Shown here: in pieces, positions 39,711-57,771 of the stretch
How the letters are laid out: each line of letters opens with the position of its first letter
Position numbering within the stretch: the first letter of the stretch is position 1
Source of the DNA: an uncultured delta proteobacterium
GTDB taxonomy: Bacteria; Myxococcota_A; Polyangia; Haliangiales; Haliangiaceae
Direction of reading: 5' to 3'
DNA length: 64,000 bases
Assembly: GCA_963848295.1 (NCBI GenBank)
Contig: CAWKDB010000011.1
Span: 416,001-480,000, forward strand
Made by a program: the position numbers and the translations under genes
Notes under the pieces: generated by a model
What the model was told of the DNA's origin: nothing
The model's database searches: none
What the model saw: only the letters and a program-made list of their open reading frames with translations

Positions 39711-42700
39711 CTACTCCATGATGTTGATGATCGATAACGCGATGGTCTCGATGCGGAACAACTTGCCTTCGGTCGAAGGCAGGGTGACGTCGGTCGAGAT
39801 GTAGTCGCCATCGTCGATCACCCAGATGCTCTCGCTCGGGCCGCGCACGACCTTGATCGGAAAGGCAGGTGCGATCGCGAGCGTGAGCGGCAGGAAGCCA
39901 GCGGTCTGGCGGAACGACAGCGAGTAGCCGTCCGGGACCATCGGCACGTCGTCGAGGCCACCCGCGCGATCGCCGAGGCAGCGCGCGTCGCCGGGATAGG
40001 TCGGATCGACGAGCGTCAGCGTCATGCCGCGGTTATGAAAGCGCAGCGCCGGAGCCGCGCGGGTCTGCAACATCGCGCTGGGGCCGGCGCAGGTCGTCGG
40101 CTGGAACTGATTGTCGACCTCGAACTGGTTCGTGGTGAGCGAGCACGGGTTCGCGTCGTACGTCCCGTCGCCCTTGAGCCCGGTGCGCGGATCCGCGTTC
40201 GGATCGCAGGCAGGTGCGCTCAACGGGATGCGGCCGACCTGGAACGGGCTCGCGGTCGGATCGGTCACGCAGTTGCCAGCGGCATCCGCGATGATCGGGT
40301 GGATGAACCCGGACTGCGTCCCGGTCACGGTGAACGCTTCGCTCGCGCGCAGCTCGAAGCGCTGCGACGAGTTCACGCAGGACTGCGGAGGCTCGATGCC
40401 TTCCATGCACGAGCCGTTCTGACAGACCGTGCCCGCATCACAATCGGTGTCGGTCGCGCACGCCTCGATGCAGCGGCGCAGCGGGTCGCCGTCGGGGCCG
40501 ATGCCCGGCTTGCGATTCGCGTCGGCCTGGCACGCCCAGGTGTGCGTGTCCGGCGCGGTCGTGTCATCGACCGGATCGACCGAGCTGTTGTTCTGCAGGG
40601 CGTAGTCCGCGAGCATCTGGCACTGCGCGTCGCTCGTACAGCCGTCGAGCGGCGACGTCCGCAGCACGTGGGTCCGCGGCAGCAGCACGAGCTCGCCGGT
40701 CGTCGCGTGACCGACCGTGTAGCGGCGCAACGAGATCAGGAACTCTTTGCATGCATCGGCGAGCCGATCGGCTTCGTAGGACAGCATGCACGCGCCGAGG
40801 TTCGTGATCTGGCTATCGGGATGGACGTAGCACGTGTAGCCGAGCGGACAGTCGCTGTCGCCGAGCGTCGGATCGCAGCCGCGGAACTGCACGATGTCGT
40901 ACGGCTCGACGCCGGTCGAGCAGAACGGGCCCGACGGATCCGAAAGCTCCATGCCGTCGCTCGTGACGAACATCTGCGCCTCGCGGATCGGCGGGCCGTT
41001 CGCCGCAGTGTCGATCGTGTCGCCCGAGAGATCGCCTTGATAGGTCAGGGTCCAGGTCTCGTCACTGCGCAGCCCGCGGAGATCCGGGAACTCGAGGTCG
41101 CGGACCGCGACCGGCGCGGAGAACATCAGCTCGGAGATCGGCGTGCCGTTCGGCGCATCGATCTCGCTCTGACACTCCACGGTCCGGATCGACGGCAGCT
41201 CGCCGCTCTTCGCGTTCGATACGTAGCCAGCGGGCAGCGTCGCGGCCGGCGCGACCGGGGTTCGCGGACCGCCGGTGTTGCCGGTCGACGCGTCGGGATC
41301 GGGACCGGCGTTGTCACACACTTGAACCTGCGCGCAGCTCGACCCGGTGCAGCTCGGGTCCTGCTCGGTGGACAACAGGCCGCGCTGTTGGATGCCATCG
41401 CGGAGCTGGTGCGCGAGCGTCTGCGACATCGGGGTCGATAGTGGTGCGCTCTGGTTCTTGTAGTCGGCGAAGTCGTCATCGTCGATGTTGACGATGTACG
41501 AGGCGCCATCGGCCGACGTGACCACCGCGAAGTAGCCGACCAGCTTGGTCGGGCAGTAGGACGGATCGGCGCAGTCGGCGGCGCGCGTGTCGTCGGGATA
41601 GGTATCGACCTTGAACGCCGCGACCGAGGTCGGCGTCGCGTGTCCGACCAGCTCGATGCCGGGTCCGCGAGCCCCGGGGCGGCGAGCCGGCGTCGCCGGA
41701 TCACCGACCGGGAAACACGACAGCTGCTTGACGTCCTGATCGCTGTCGATCAACCGCGGATCGACCTGGGTGTCGCATTCCTTGCGCAGCGACAAGATGT
41801 CCGCGACACGCACGGTGTTGTCGGTCGCGATCGCGTAGACGAACTGGAACTGGCCACCCTTGGCCGAGTCATCGTTGATCGAGCCGTCGCTGCCGCCCAT
41901 GCCGATCTGCGGCGTGATCGCGAGGTTCGTGATGCCGATCGGTGACGTCGGGTCTTGGCTCGAGTACGCGATCTGCGACAGCGACGCCGGCAGGTTGTTG
42001 ATGTCGAGCTCGACGAGCGTGACCGCATTCGAGTTCGGCGCCCCGATCGCGAGTAACCGCCGGCTGCTGTTCGGATCGAGCTGGAGATCGAGCGAGGATG
42101 GCTCGATGCCGGCGGTCGTCACGCCACCACCGCACTCGTCCGGGCACGACAGCGTGCTGACGTCCGGGATGATCGACGGCACGCCCGAGCTGTCGTACGA
42201 GATTCCTGCCTTGACGACGCCGCTCGACAGATCGACCGCGGCGACCAGGTGGCAGCGCGGATACGCGACGTAGACGAGGCCGGTCGCGGTCGCCGGGCAC
42301 TGCACGCCGATCGTGCCGGTCGCCGGCGTGCCGATGATCGCGCTCGGCTTCGCGCGCAGCGCTTGGCCGCTCGAGTTCATCACGGTCAGCTGCGAGACGT
42401 TGACCGCGGGATCGGCATCCAGCGCCGACGTGATGTCGAGCGTCGACATGTCGCACGTGCCGGCGTTCGCGCTCGCGAGGTAGCAGCCGATCGGATCGGT
42501 GGCGATGCCGACCGGTAGCTCGCCGATCGCGATGCCGCTCTTGCCCGGGGTCAGCGGATCCGGATCTTGAACCGTGATGTCACCGCCGGTGAACTCCAGC
42601 GCCGGCTTGGTCAACCAGCTCACGATGCCGACCGTGCCCGGCTCGGACTGCAGGACGAACCCGTACCACTGCACCGCGGGCAGCGGCAGGCCCATCATCG

Positions 42701-42992
42701 CGGTGAGATCCTCTTGCCCGGGCGGCACAGGCGCGGCCGAGCCTTCATCGATCGGTCCGGAGCGAATGTCGCACGCCTGGTAGGGCTGGGCCGATGACAC
42801 GATGGTCTGGTCGACGGTCGCCGCGCCGCCGTTCGTGATGCGCAAGCCGCCGTAGCACGCGAACGCGACGTCGATCGGCCGGTTGAAGTCGAGCTGACTC
42901 GGCGCCAGATCGGTCGTGTCATCGCACGACGCGGCTACGACCGCGGTCGTCGCGACCGCCACCACGATCGAGGCATGCACGATCCGTCTCAT
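39711..42992 (-). CDS. Large acidic Cys-rich lipoprotein
   Basis: MRRIVHAS...AASC lipobox; beta-propeller-like and Cys-rich segments; ~1093 aa. Confidence 0.8.
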   Translation of the reverse strand: MRRIVHASIVVAVATTAVVAASCDDTTDLAPSQLDFNRPIDVAFACYGGLRITNGGAATVDQTIVSSAQPYQACDIRSGPIDEGSAAPVPPGQEDLTAMMGLPLPAVQWYGFVLQSEPGTVGIVSWLTKPALEFTGGDITVQDPDPLTPGKSGIAIGELPVGIATDPIGCYLASANAGTCDMSTLDITSALDADPAVNVSQLTVMNSSGQALRAKPSAIIGTPATGTIGVQCPATATGLVYVAYPRCHLVAAVDLSSGVVKAGISYDSSGVPSIIPDVSTLSCPDECGGGVTTAGIEPSSLDLQLDPNSSRRLLAIGAPNSNAVTLVELDINNLPASLSQIAYSSQDPTSPIGITNLAITPQIGMGGSDGSINDDSAKGGQFQFVYAIATDNTVRVADILSLRKECDTQVDPRLIDSDQDVKQLSCFPVGDPATPARRPGARGPGIELVGHATPTSVAAFKVDTYPDDTRAADCADPSYCPTKLVGYFAVVTSADGASYIVNIDDDDFADYKNQSAPLSTPMSQTLAHQLRDGIQQRGLLSTEQDPSCTGSSCAQVQVCDNAGPDPDASTGNTGGPRTPVAPAATLPAGYVSNAKSGELPSIRTVECQSEIDAPNGTPISELMFSAPVAVRDLEFPDLRGLRSDETWTLTYQGDLSGDTIDTAANGPPIREAQMFVTSDGMELSDPSGPFCSTGVEPYDIVQFRGCDPTLGDSDCPLGYTCYVHPDSQITNLGACMLSYEADRLADACKEFLISLRRYTVGHATTGELVLLPRTHVLRTSPLDGCTSDAQCQMLADYALQNNSSVDPVDDTTAPDTHTWACQADANRKPGIGPDGDPLRRCIEACATDTDCDAGTVCQNGSCMEGIEPPQSCVNSSQRFELRASEAFTVTGTQSGFIHPIIADAAGNCVTDPTASPFQVGRIPLSAPACDPNADPRTGLKGDGTYDANPCSLTTNQFEVDNQFQPTTCAGPSAMLQTRAAPALRFHNRGMTLTLVDPTYPGDARCLGDRAGGLDDVPMVPDGYSLSFRQTAGFLPLTLAIAPAFPIKVVRGPSESIWVIDDGDYISTDVTLPSTEGKLFRIETIALSIINIME

Positions 42993-44350
42993 AGCGTCGT
43001 CCCCGTATCCGGAGGCAGCGGGATGCCGATGCGCAACACGACATGATCGCGGAGCGGCGACGTCGGCGACACGTCGATCACCGCGATCGTATCTTCGAGG
43101 AAGTTCGTCACGTAGATCTTCTTGCGAGTCGGTGCCGCCGTGATCGCGTACGGCCCGCGACCGACCGTGATGATGTCGATCACCGACGATAGCCCGGTCG
43201 GGTCGATGACGTAGACCTGGCCGTCTTGGAAGCACGTCGCGTACACGCGATCGCCATCCCCGGCGTCGAGGATGGTGAGCGTCGACCCGTTGCGGCAGAT
43301 ATCGGTGGCGGCGGTCAGGGCGTTCTCGGGGTAACCGCTCGGGCCGGGCGAGGTGTCGATGGTCTGCAAGCTCGCCGGGTTGCGGTTGATCATGAACAGC
43401 TTGCTGCCATCACTGTTGAACTTCATGCCGCGGGTATCGTTCGACGTGCCCGCGTTTTCGCCGACCGCGTCGAGAAAGAAGTAGTCGCCCGGGATGAGAT
43501 ATGGAGCGGCGTCGTTGAGCGGGTGCCCGACGGTAAATGTCTGGATCCGATTGTCGTTCGCGCTGCCGACGTAGACGATGTCGTTGTCGCCGCCCGACGT
43601 GCGTCCGGCGACACCAGACGAGCTGAGCAGGCCCGTCGTCATGTCGGGCTGGAAGTAGCCGCTCGCGATGTCGGCGATCGTCGCGGTGCCGCCGGCCGGC
43701 GAGTCGATCAGCGTGACGTCGCCGGTCGACAGGCTGGTGACGACCGCGAACTGGCCGAGCGAGTCGGCGTACGCGTTGAACGGCTCCGGCGGGAGCTCGC
43801 CGATGTTCGGGTTGTTCTGGACGTAGGTCAGGCGATGGGCGTCATCGCACAACGCGAACTGCGCGTCGCTCGATCCGCACGACAGCTTGCTGCCGTCGTA
43901 GTCGGCCCACGCGACCGAGGGATCGCCGCGGGTCGGGATGATCAGCCGCAGCGAGCTCGTGCCGGTCGCGGCGCCGGTGTCTTGCACCGCGATGTCGGTC
44001 GCGAAGTTGCCGACCCGGATGCCGGCGTCGGGCAGCAGGAACCCTTCGCTCGTGTCAGGGCAGATCAGGGTCTCGGTGAAGTCCTGATCCGGCGAGCAGT
44101 CCGACGGGATGATCTGGCTCTGGGTCCACTGATCGGCGATCGAATCGACGATCGACAGGTCGATCACGCTGATCGAGCCGGAGTCGTAGGTCAAGTCGGA
44201 GTTCGCGTTCGCGACGAACAGCACGGAGTCATCCGGCGCCACCGCGATCCCGGTCGGGAAGAAGATGTGGTTGTTCGGCGGCTCGACCGCATTTGCCGAG
44301 GCGGTGCAGCCGGCCAGCGCGACGCCCGTCAGCAGCACAGCGGTCCTCAT
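42989..44350 (-). CDS. YncE/YVTN-like beta-propeller lipoprotein
   Basis: LAGC lipobox; PTGIAVAPD..LFVAN, ITVGRGPYAI, IYVTNFLEDTIAVID. Confidence 0.85.
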   Translation of the reverse strand: MRTAVLLTGVALAGCTASANAVEPPNNHIFFPTGIAVAPDDSVLFVANANSDLTYDSGSISVIDLSIVDSIADQWTQSQIIPSDCSPDQDFTETLICPDTSEGFLLPDAGIRVGNFATDIAVQDTGAATGTSSLRLIIPTRGDPSVAWADYDGSKLSCGSSDAQFALCDDAHRLTYVQNNPNIGELPPEPFNAYADSLGQFAVVTSLSTGDVTLIDSPAGGTATIADIASGYFQPDMTTGLLSSSGVAGRTSGGDNDIVYVGSANDNRIQTFTVGHPLNDAAPYLIPGDYFFLDAVGENAGTSNDTRGMKFNSDGSKLFMINRNPASLQTIDTSPGPSGYPENALTAATDICRNGSTLTILDAGDGDRVYATCFQDGQVYVIDPTGLSSVIDIITVGRGPYAITAAPTRKKIYVTNFLEDTIAVIDVSPTSPLRDHVVLRIGIPLPPDTGTTL

Positions 44351-44403
44351 GGCAGCTCGCTTCGACCGGTCGTGGCCCGGTTTGGTTGCCTGAATGCCCG
44401 ATC

Positions 44404-47051
<2,648 letters not shown>

Positions 47052-47055
<4 letters not shown>

Positions 47056-49130
47056 GCGGCACCGCCGAGCTTGCGGAAGTCGCCGATCGCTTTGTACGGC
47101 GAGTAGATCGCGTCGAGCATGCCGAGTCGATTCGCGCGCAACGCCGGATCGGGATCCATGACCATGACGCCGCCCTTGTCGAAGAACGCGGACAGCTGTG
47201 GGTTGAGCTCCGCGAGGGATTTGATCGCGACCGCGTATTCGTGCGTATCTATCGAGGTGTGGACCGCGTCCTGCTTGCTGCGCCACGCAGCCCACAGCTC
47301 GCGCTCGGCGGTGGCGACCAGCTTCGCCTCGTCGACGGTCCCGGCGGCATATTTCTTGGCCGCGGCCTCGTCGAGGATGTTGCCGATCCGTTTGAACGCG
47401 ACCTTCGTCGCCGAGGGCAGGCTTTGCAGCAGCTCGGCGCGCTTCGCGACATCGCTCGGGTTGCTCGCATGCATGCCGAGTGCGCAATCGACCGCTTGCG
47501 CTTCGAGCCCGCGCTCGTCGACGAGGATCGCGCGCAGGCGTGCGGCGAAGAACTCCGCGAGCAGCTTGCGCGCGTCGTCCGACAGCCTCAGCGTCGCGTA
47601 GCCGGACGCGGCCGTGTCCACGAGACTCGAGGTCTCGAGCTTCAATTGCGGGCGATGCAGCAGGATCGCGAGCACGCCGACCGCGGCGCGGCGTAGCCCG
47701 AGCGGATCGGCGCTGCCGGTCGGCACGAGGCCGGTCGCGAAGCAGCCGACCAGCGTGTCGACCCGATCCGCGAGCGCGACGAGCGCGGCATCATCGGTCG
47801 TCGGCAGCGCCGCGCCCTGCCCTTTGGGCCACCAGTGCTGCTCGATCGCGTCGGCGACCGCGGCGGGCTCGCCGGCGAGCCGCGCGTAGTGCTTGCCCAT
47901 CACGCCTTGCAGCTCGGGGAACTCGCCGACCGCGCTCGACGCGAGGTCCGCCTTGCACAGCTCGGCCGCGCGGATCGCGGTCGCCGAGCCGCCGAGCCGC
48001 TTCACCAGCCCGGCGAGCCGGCGCACCTTGTCGCCGATCGTCTTCGCGCCATCGCCGAGCTTGGCCTGGAACACGACCCCGTCGAGCTTCGTGTTCCACT
48101 CTGCGAACGTGTGCTTGCGATCCTCGGCGAAGAAGAACTTCGCGTCACTGAGCCGCGCCGCGATCACCGTCTGGTTGCCGCGCTGGACGACTCTGGGATC
48201 CTTGACGATCGTCGCGGTCAGCGTGACGAACCGGTTCGCGAGCACGCCCGCGGCATCTTCGAGCGCAAAATACCGCTGGTGGTTGCGCATCGCGGTGACG
48301 ATGATCTCTTCCGGCACCTCGAGGAAGCTCGGATCGAACTCGCCGGCGACCGCGACCGGCCATTCGCCGAGGTTCGTGACTTCGTCGAGCAGCGCCGGAT
48401 CGGGCCGGACGCGCAGCCCGGTCTCGCGCTCGATCCGCGCGAGCTCTTGGCCGATCGCGTCGCGGCGCTCGGCGGGATCGACGACGACATGCGCCTCGCG
48501 CAGCGTCTCGACATAGCGATCGGCGCTCGCGATGTCGATCCAGCCCGACGACAGGAAGCGATGGCCGCGCGTCTTGCGACCGGCGGTGTGCCCGGCCCAG
48601 TCGAGCGCGACGACCTCGCCGCCGAACAGCGCGACCAGCCACTGCACCGGCCGGACGAACGTCGTCTCCGACCAGCCCCAGCGCATCACCTTCGGCCAAG
48701 GGATCGCGCCGGCGAGCTCGCGCAGGATCGCGGGCAACAGCGTGCGGGTCGGCTCGCCGACGACGTTGCGCGTCGCGACGACATACAGGCCCTTCTTGCC
48801 GGCGACCTCGCGCTTGTCCAGCGCGGACTCGGCGACGCCGTTCTTCGCGGCGAACCCCTGCCCGGCCTTGGTCAGCGCACCGTCGGGCGCGAACGCCGCC
48901 GACACCGGCGGACCGGTGACCTCTTCGCGCAGGTCGGGCTGGCGATCGGCCAAGCCCCGAACGACCACGGCGAGGCGGCGCGGGGTGCCATACGCGTGGA
49001 CGCTGCCGCGCGCCAGTCGCGCGGTCTGTAGCCGCGCCTCGATCAGAGCCGGCAGCTCGGCGATCGCGCGCGCGAGCATCTTCGCGGGAATCTCCTCGCA
49101 GCCGATCTCGAACAGCAGATCGCTAGCCAC
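47052..49130 (-). CDS. glyS: Glycine--tRNA ligase beta subunit
   Basis: [43 protein letters not shown]. Confidence 0.97.
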
Positions 49131-50094
49131 GCGCCGCTCCGATCGCACGCGCGGCCGCGAGCGCCGCCGCGTTGACCCCGGCCGATTCGGCCGCGCGATA
49201 GGCCGCCTGCGCCGGGGCCTGGAGCTCGGGCGCGAGCAGCGGGAAGCCGAGGTTCGCGCGGGTCTGGACGTTGGCATGCGCACACGCGCGCGCCATGCCG
49301 CGCACGCGGCCGATGAACCGCTGGCGCTCGGTGACACTGATCGCGCCGCGGGCGTCGAGCGAGTTGAACGCGTGGCTCGCCTTCATGCAGTTCTCGTAGG
49401 CCGGCAACACGAGCCCGGGCACGAGCAGGCGGGTGCACTCGCCTTCGAACGTGTCGAAGTTGCGAAACGCGATCTGCGGATCGAGCAGCTCGAAGTGATA
49501 CGTCGAGTACTGGCGCTCCCACTCTTTGCGCAGCTGACCGTAGGTGACGTGCTTGTCCCACTTGAGGTCGTACATGCTCGAGACGTCTTGCAGGTACATG
49601 CACAGCCGCTCGAGCCCGTAGGTCAGCTCCGCGGTCACCGGCATCAGATCGATGCCGCCCGCCTGCTGGAAGTACGTGAACTGCGTGACCTCCTGGCCAT
49701 CGCACCAGACCTCCCAGCCCAGGCCCCACGCGCCGAGCGTCGGCGATTCCCAGTCGTCTTCGACGAACCGGATGTCGTGCGCGGCGGGATCGATGCCGAT
49801 CGCGCGCAGCGACTCGAGGTAGAGGTCTTGGACCTCGAGCGGCGACGGCTTGAGCCCGACCTGGAACTGGTAATAGGCGCCGGCGCGGTTCGGGTTGTCG
49901 CCGTAGCGGCCATCGGAGGGGCGGCGGCAAAACTGCACGAACGCGGCGTTCCACGGCTCGGGGCCCAGCACGCGCAAGAACGTCGCGGGGTGAAACGTAC
50001 CAGCACCGACCTCGACATCGACCGGCTGCTCGATCACGCAGCCGCGCTCCGCCCAGAACCGCTGGAGCGTGAACATCAGGTCTTGCAGATACAT
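49123..50094 (-). CDS. glyQ: Glycine--tRNA ligase alpha subunit
   Basis: [42 protein letters not shown]. Confidence 0.98.
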   Translation of the reverse strand: MYLQDLMFTLQRFWAERGCVIEQPVDVEVGAGTFHPATFLRVLGPEPWNAAFVQFCRRPSDGRYGDNPNRAGAYYQFQVGLKPSPLEVQDLYLESLRAIGIDPAAHDIRFVEDDWESPTLGAWGLGWEVWCDGQEVTQFTYFQQAGGIDLMPVTAELTYGLERLCMYLQDVSSMYDLKWDKHVTYGQLRKEWERQYSTYHFELLDPQIAFRNFDTFEGECTRLLVPGLVLPAYENCMKASHAFNSLDARGAISVTERQRFIGRVRGMARACAHANVQTRANLGFPLLAPELQAPAQAAYRAAESAGVNAAALAAARAIGAARG

Positions 50095-50195
50095 GGACCG
50101 CGCGGGACCCTACCCGCGCCCGCCGATCTGGTCAAGCGTCGGCGCTTAGCTAAGTCCCCGTAGTCTCTTGACGATCTTGGCGTGCGACAGCTACG

Positions 50196-50726
50196 GTGAA
50201 ACGCATGGTCCGCGAGCTCTTGGTCCCTGCGCTCGTGGCGGCGATCGCCCCCCTGGCGGGTTGTTCGCTGATCCTCGACTTCTCGCCGAAAGCGGTGCCG
50301 ATCGACGCCGCGATCGACGCGGTCTACTCGCAAGACGAGTGCGACTACAAAGAGCCGAACGATACGCTCGCGACCGCCGCGCTCGTCGTGCCCGGAGACA
50401 CCGGACCGGCCGCGGTGTGCGCGAATGCCGGCGGCACTGAAGACGACGACTACTACCAGTTCGTGGTGCCCGCCGGGACCACCACCGTGACGATCACCCT
50501 CGACTTCACCGAGCGGCCAGGCGGGGACCTGGATCTCCGGCTGTTCGACACGAGCAACGGCTCGATGGTCTCGGAGTCGGTCGGGTTCGGCGACGAAGAG
50601 AAGATCGTGTGCCCCGGGACTTCGCCATCGTGCGTGAGCCTGATGGCCGGCACCTACGCGTTCGAGGTGTTCCCCGGCGAGCCGGGCGCGGTCAACGACT
50701 ACACGTTCTCGCTGGCCGTCCAGTAA
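50196..50726 (+). CDS. Lipoprotein with PPC (pre-peptidase C-terminal-like) domain
   Basis: LAGC lipobox; EPNDT, DDDYYQF, GDLDLRLFD. Confidence 0.8.
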   Translation: MKRMVRELLVPALVAAIAPLAGCSLILDFSPKAVPIDAAIDAVYSQDECDYKEPNDTLATAALVVPGDTGPAAVCANAGGTEDDDYYQFVVPAGTTTVTITLDFTERPGGDLDLRLFDTSNGSMVSESVGFGDEEKIVCPGTSPSCVSLMAGTYAFEVFPGEPGAVNDYTFSLAVQ

Positions 50727-50741
50727 CCGCGATCGATTGTC

Positions 50742-51851
50742 TTATTGCCGGTAGTGCAGCGTGAAGCCGACGCGCTCGAGCGCGTGCGGCGGGATCGAGA
50801 CCTTCTCGCGCACGAGCTCGCCGACGACCTCCGGCTTGTGCGGCCACGATCGCTCGATGCCGGCGAGCTCGACCGCGCGCAACGGCTCTTCGATCCAGAC
50901 CTCGCGCGTGGTCTCGCCTTCGTTCGAGATCGAGAACATCAGGCGATCGACGAGCGAGAGCTCGGTCGGCCCCTCGTTCGTGCGCTCCCGCGCCGCGTGC
51001 ATGGCGCCGTCGCTCCACAGATCGAAGCGCACCGCGTTCGCGACGAGGTGGTGGCGCGCGATCGGGACGTGGACATCGCGCTCGGGCTCGTCGGGCTGCG
51101 CGACGTGAACGTAGGCCTCGCCCGGCGCCAGCCGAGCGTTCGGCAAGTCGAGCACGACCCAGACATCGCTCGTCGCGTCCGGCCCCCAAGCGTGTGCCGT
51201 CGAACCCGCGGAGGTCGGAGCGACGTTCGCACCGGCGTAGACCCGGCGCACGGTCGCGACCGTTCCGATCGGCGCAGCGACGAGCACCGAGGTCGAGCCG
51301 TCGAGCGTGATCGAGCCGCGCGCGACCAGCGTCGGCGGTTCGCCGCCGGGGACGCCATCGTACAACGCGACGTCGGCGCGCACGCCATGCCACGACGGTG
51401 TGGCGATCGCGTAGTGGGACGTCACCACCGCATGATCCCCGGCGACCGCGATCCAATGCTCGGCGCGATATGCGATCGCTTTGGACGTGTAGACCAAGCG
51501 CACGAGGTGGCGCCCGCGACCCGCTGTGACCGCGCAGCGCACTTCACCGATCGGCGTCGGAAGCTCGACCGGGAGGCCATCGCGCGAGCACGCACCGATC
51601 GCGACGTGGCCGCCGATCGGCACGATCTCGAGTGACGCGAGCTCGGCGCCGGGATCGACGTCGGACAGCACGAGCTCGTTGCCCGCGATGTCGACCTCCC
51701 GGCGGTCTTCGACGATCGCGTAGCCCTCGGGGCTGCCGCCGGACCCGGTGTGCTCGTAGATCGCGATCGAGATGCCGGCGGACGCGTGACTCGAGGCGAG
51801 CGTGTCGCGCTGCGCGCACGCGGCGAGCACGAGCAACACCGAGACGCGCAC
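50742..51851 (-). CDS. Hypothetical lipoprotein, DUF4139-like
   Basis: LAAC lipobox; YAIVEDRREV, FSISNEG..REVWIEEPL. Confidence 0.65.
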   Translation of the reverse strand: MRVSVLLVLAACAQRDTLASSHASAGISIAIYEHTGSGGSPEGYAIVEDRREVDIAGNELVLSDVDPGAELASLEIVPIGGHVAIGACSRDGLPVELPTPIGEVRCAVTAGRGRHLVRLVYTSKAIAYRAEHWIAVAGDHAVVTSHYAIATPSWHGVRADVALYDGVPGGEPPTLVARGSITLDGSTSVLVAAPIGTVATVRRVYAGANVAPTSAGSTAHAWGPDATSDVWVVLDLPNARLAPGEAYVHVAQPDEPERDVHVPIARHHLVANAVRFDLWSDGAMHAARERTNEGPTELSLVDRLMFSISNEGETTREVWIEEPLRAVELAGIERSWPHKPEVVGELVREKVSIPPHALERVGFTLHYRQ

Positions 51852-51852
51852 G

Positions 51853-52833
51853 CTACTCCTCGGCGGCGACCGAGTCGCCGATCAACGCCGCAGCGTCGCG
51901 CGAATCGATCTTGCCGCTGAGAATCCCGGCGATGCCGGCGAGCACGGGCATCCGCACGCGCAACGACGCCGCGAGCTCGCTCCCCGCGATCGCCGCGCGC
52001 GCGCCTTCGGCCCGGTCTCCGTCGGGGCGCTTGCCCTCCGCGAGCCTCTTGCCGAGCGCGTAGTCCGCGGAGCGATCGCTCGCGCGCACGAGCAAGTTGC
52101 CGAGACCGGACAGCCCGGCGAACGTGCGCGCTTCGGCGCCCGCCGCGACGCCCAACCGCGAAGCCTCGGCGACCGCGCGAGTCACGAGCACCGCGCGCGG
52201 TCCGTCGCCCATGCCCAGGCCGTCGCACAACCCGAGCGCGACGGTGTACGCGCCGGCGAGCGCCGACGCGAGCTCGACGCCGGCGAGATCCTTCGAGCCA
52301 TAGACGCGCAACGCCGGCGGCGCGTTGACGAGCCGGCGGGTCTCGGCGATGACCTCCGCGAAGTGCGACGCGACGACCATCGACGCGAACTTGCCCTCGG
52401 CGAGGTCATCGGGCAACGCGGGGCCGGCGAGCGCGCCGACTTTGAGCGTCGGCAAGCCTTGCAACATGACCTCGGACACGCGCTCGTTGTTCGGCGCGGC
52501 GAGCGCGCCGATCGCGTGGACCACGATATGACTGCCGTCGAGATAGTTGCCGAGCTCGCGCGCGCGTTCGCGGACATCGCTCGACGTCACCGCGAGCACC
52601 AGGAACCGCGCTTCGTTCGCGAGCCGCCGGACATCGGTCGTGGGCTCGAGCGGCGGCGGCAGCACCGCGGCCGGCAAGCGCGGGCAATGCCGGGTGCGCG
52701 CGATCGCGTCGACCACGGCGGCGTCGCGCGACCACAGGATCACGTGGCGGCCGGCGCGCGCGAGCACCGACGCGAGCGCGGTGCCGAACTGACCGGCGCC
52801 GACGATGCCGATCGCGTCTGCACGCTCGCTCAC
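51853..52833 (-). CDS. NAD(P)H-dependent glycerol-3-phosphate dehydrogenase-like protein (GpsA family, degenerate active site)
   Basis: IVGAGQFGTALA, DLAGVEL, TFAGLSGLGNL; adjacent to plsB. Confidence 0.85.
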   Translation of the reverse strand: MSERADAIGIVGAGQFGTALASVLARAGRHVILWSRDAAVVDAIARTRHCPRLPAAVLPPPLEPTTDVRRLANEARFLVLAVTSSDVRERARELGNYLDGSHIVVHAIGALAAPNNERVSEVMLQGLPTLKVGALAGPALPDDLAEGKFASMVVASHFAEVIAETRRLVNAPPALRVYGSKDLAGVELASALAGAYTVALGLCDGLGMGDGPRAVLVTRAVAEASRLGVAAGAEARTFAGLSGLGNLLVRASDRSADYALGKRLAEGKRPDGDRAEGARAAIAGSELAASLRVRMPVLAGIAGILSGKIDSRDAAALIGDSVAAEE

Positions 52834-52855
52834 ACGATCTCCGGCTCGTGGACGA

Positions 52856-52889
52856 GGACGTGCACGTGACACGTGACACGTGCACGTCC
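52856..52889. repeat. Palindrome built from CACGTG units
   Basis: GGACGTGCACGTG-ACACGTGA-CACGTGCACGTCC: perfect 13-bp stem. Confidence 0.85.
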
Positions 52890-52900
52890 ACAGTTTGGGC

Positions 52901-54517
<1,617 letters not shown>

Positions 54518-54713
54518 AGGGGGGTCATATCACGCACGTTCACGAGCGGATCTCTCGGTAGGCTCTTGCGTCGCAAAATCGGGTATGCTGATGATTACTC
54601 AAGCGGAGCGGGCGTCGGCCAGTCGACGCTCGGCGGTCGGTGGATCGAGGGACTAGCGACACGGGTCGCGGGTCTAGTTGGACGATTCATCGCCGGACCC
54701 GGTGCGAGTGAAG

Positions 54714-57771
<3,058 letters not shown>

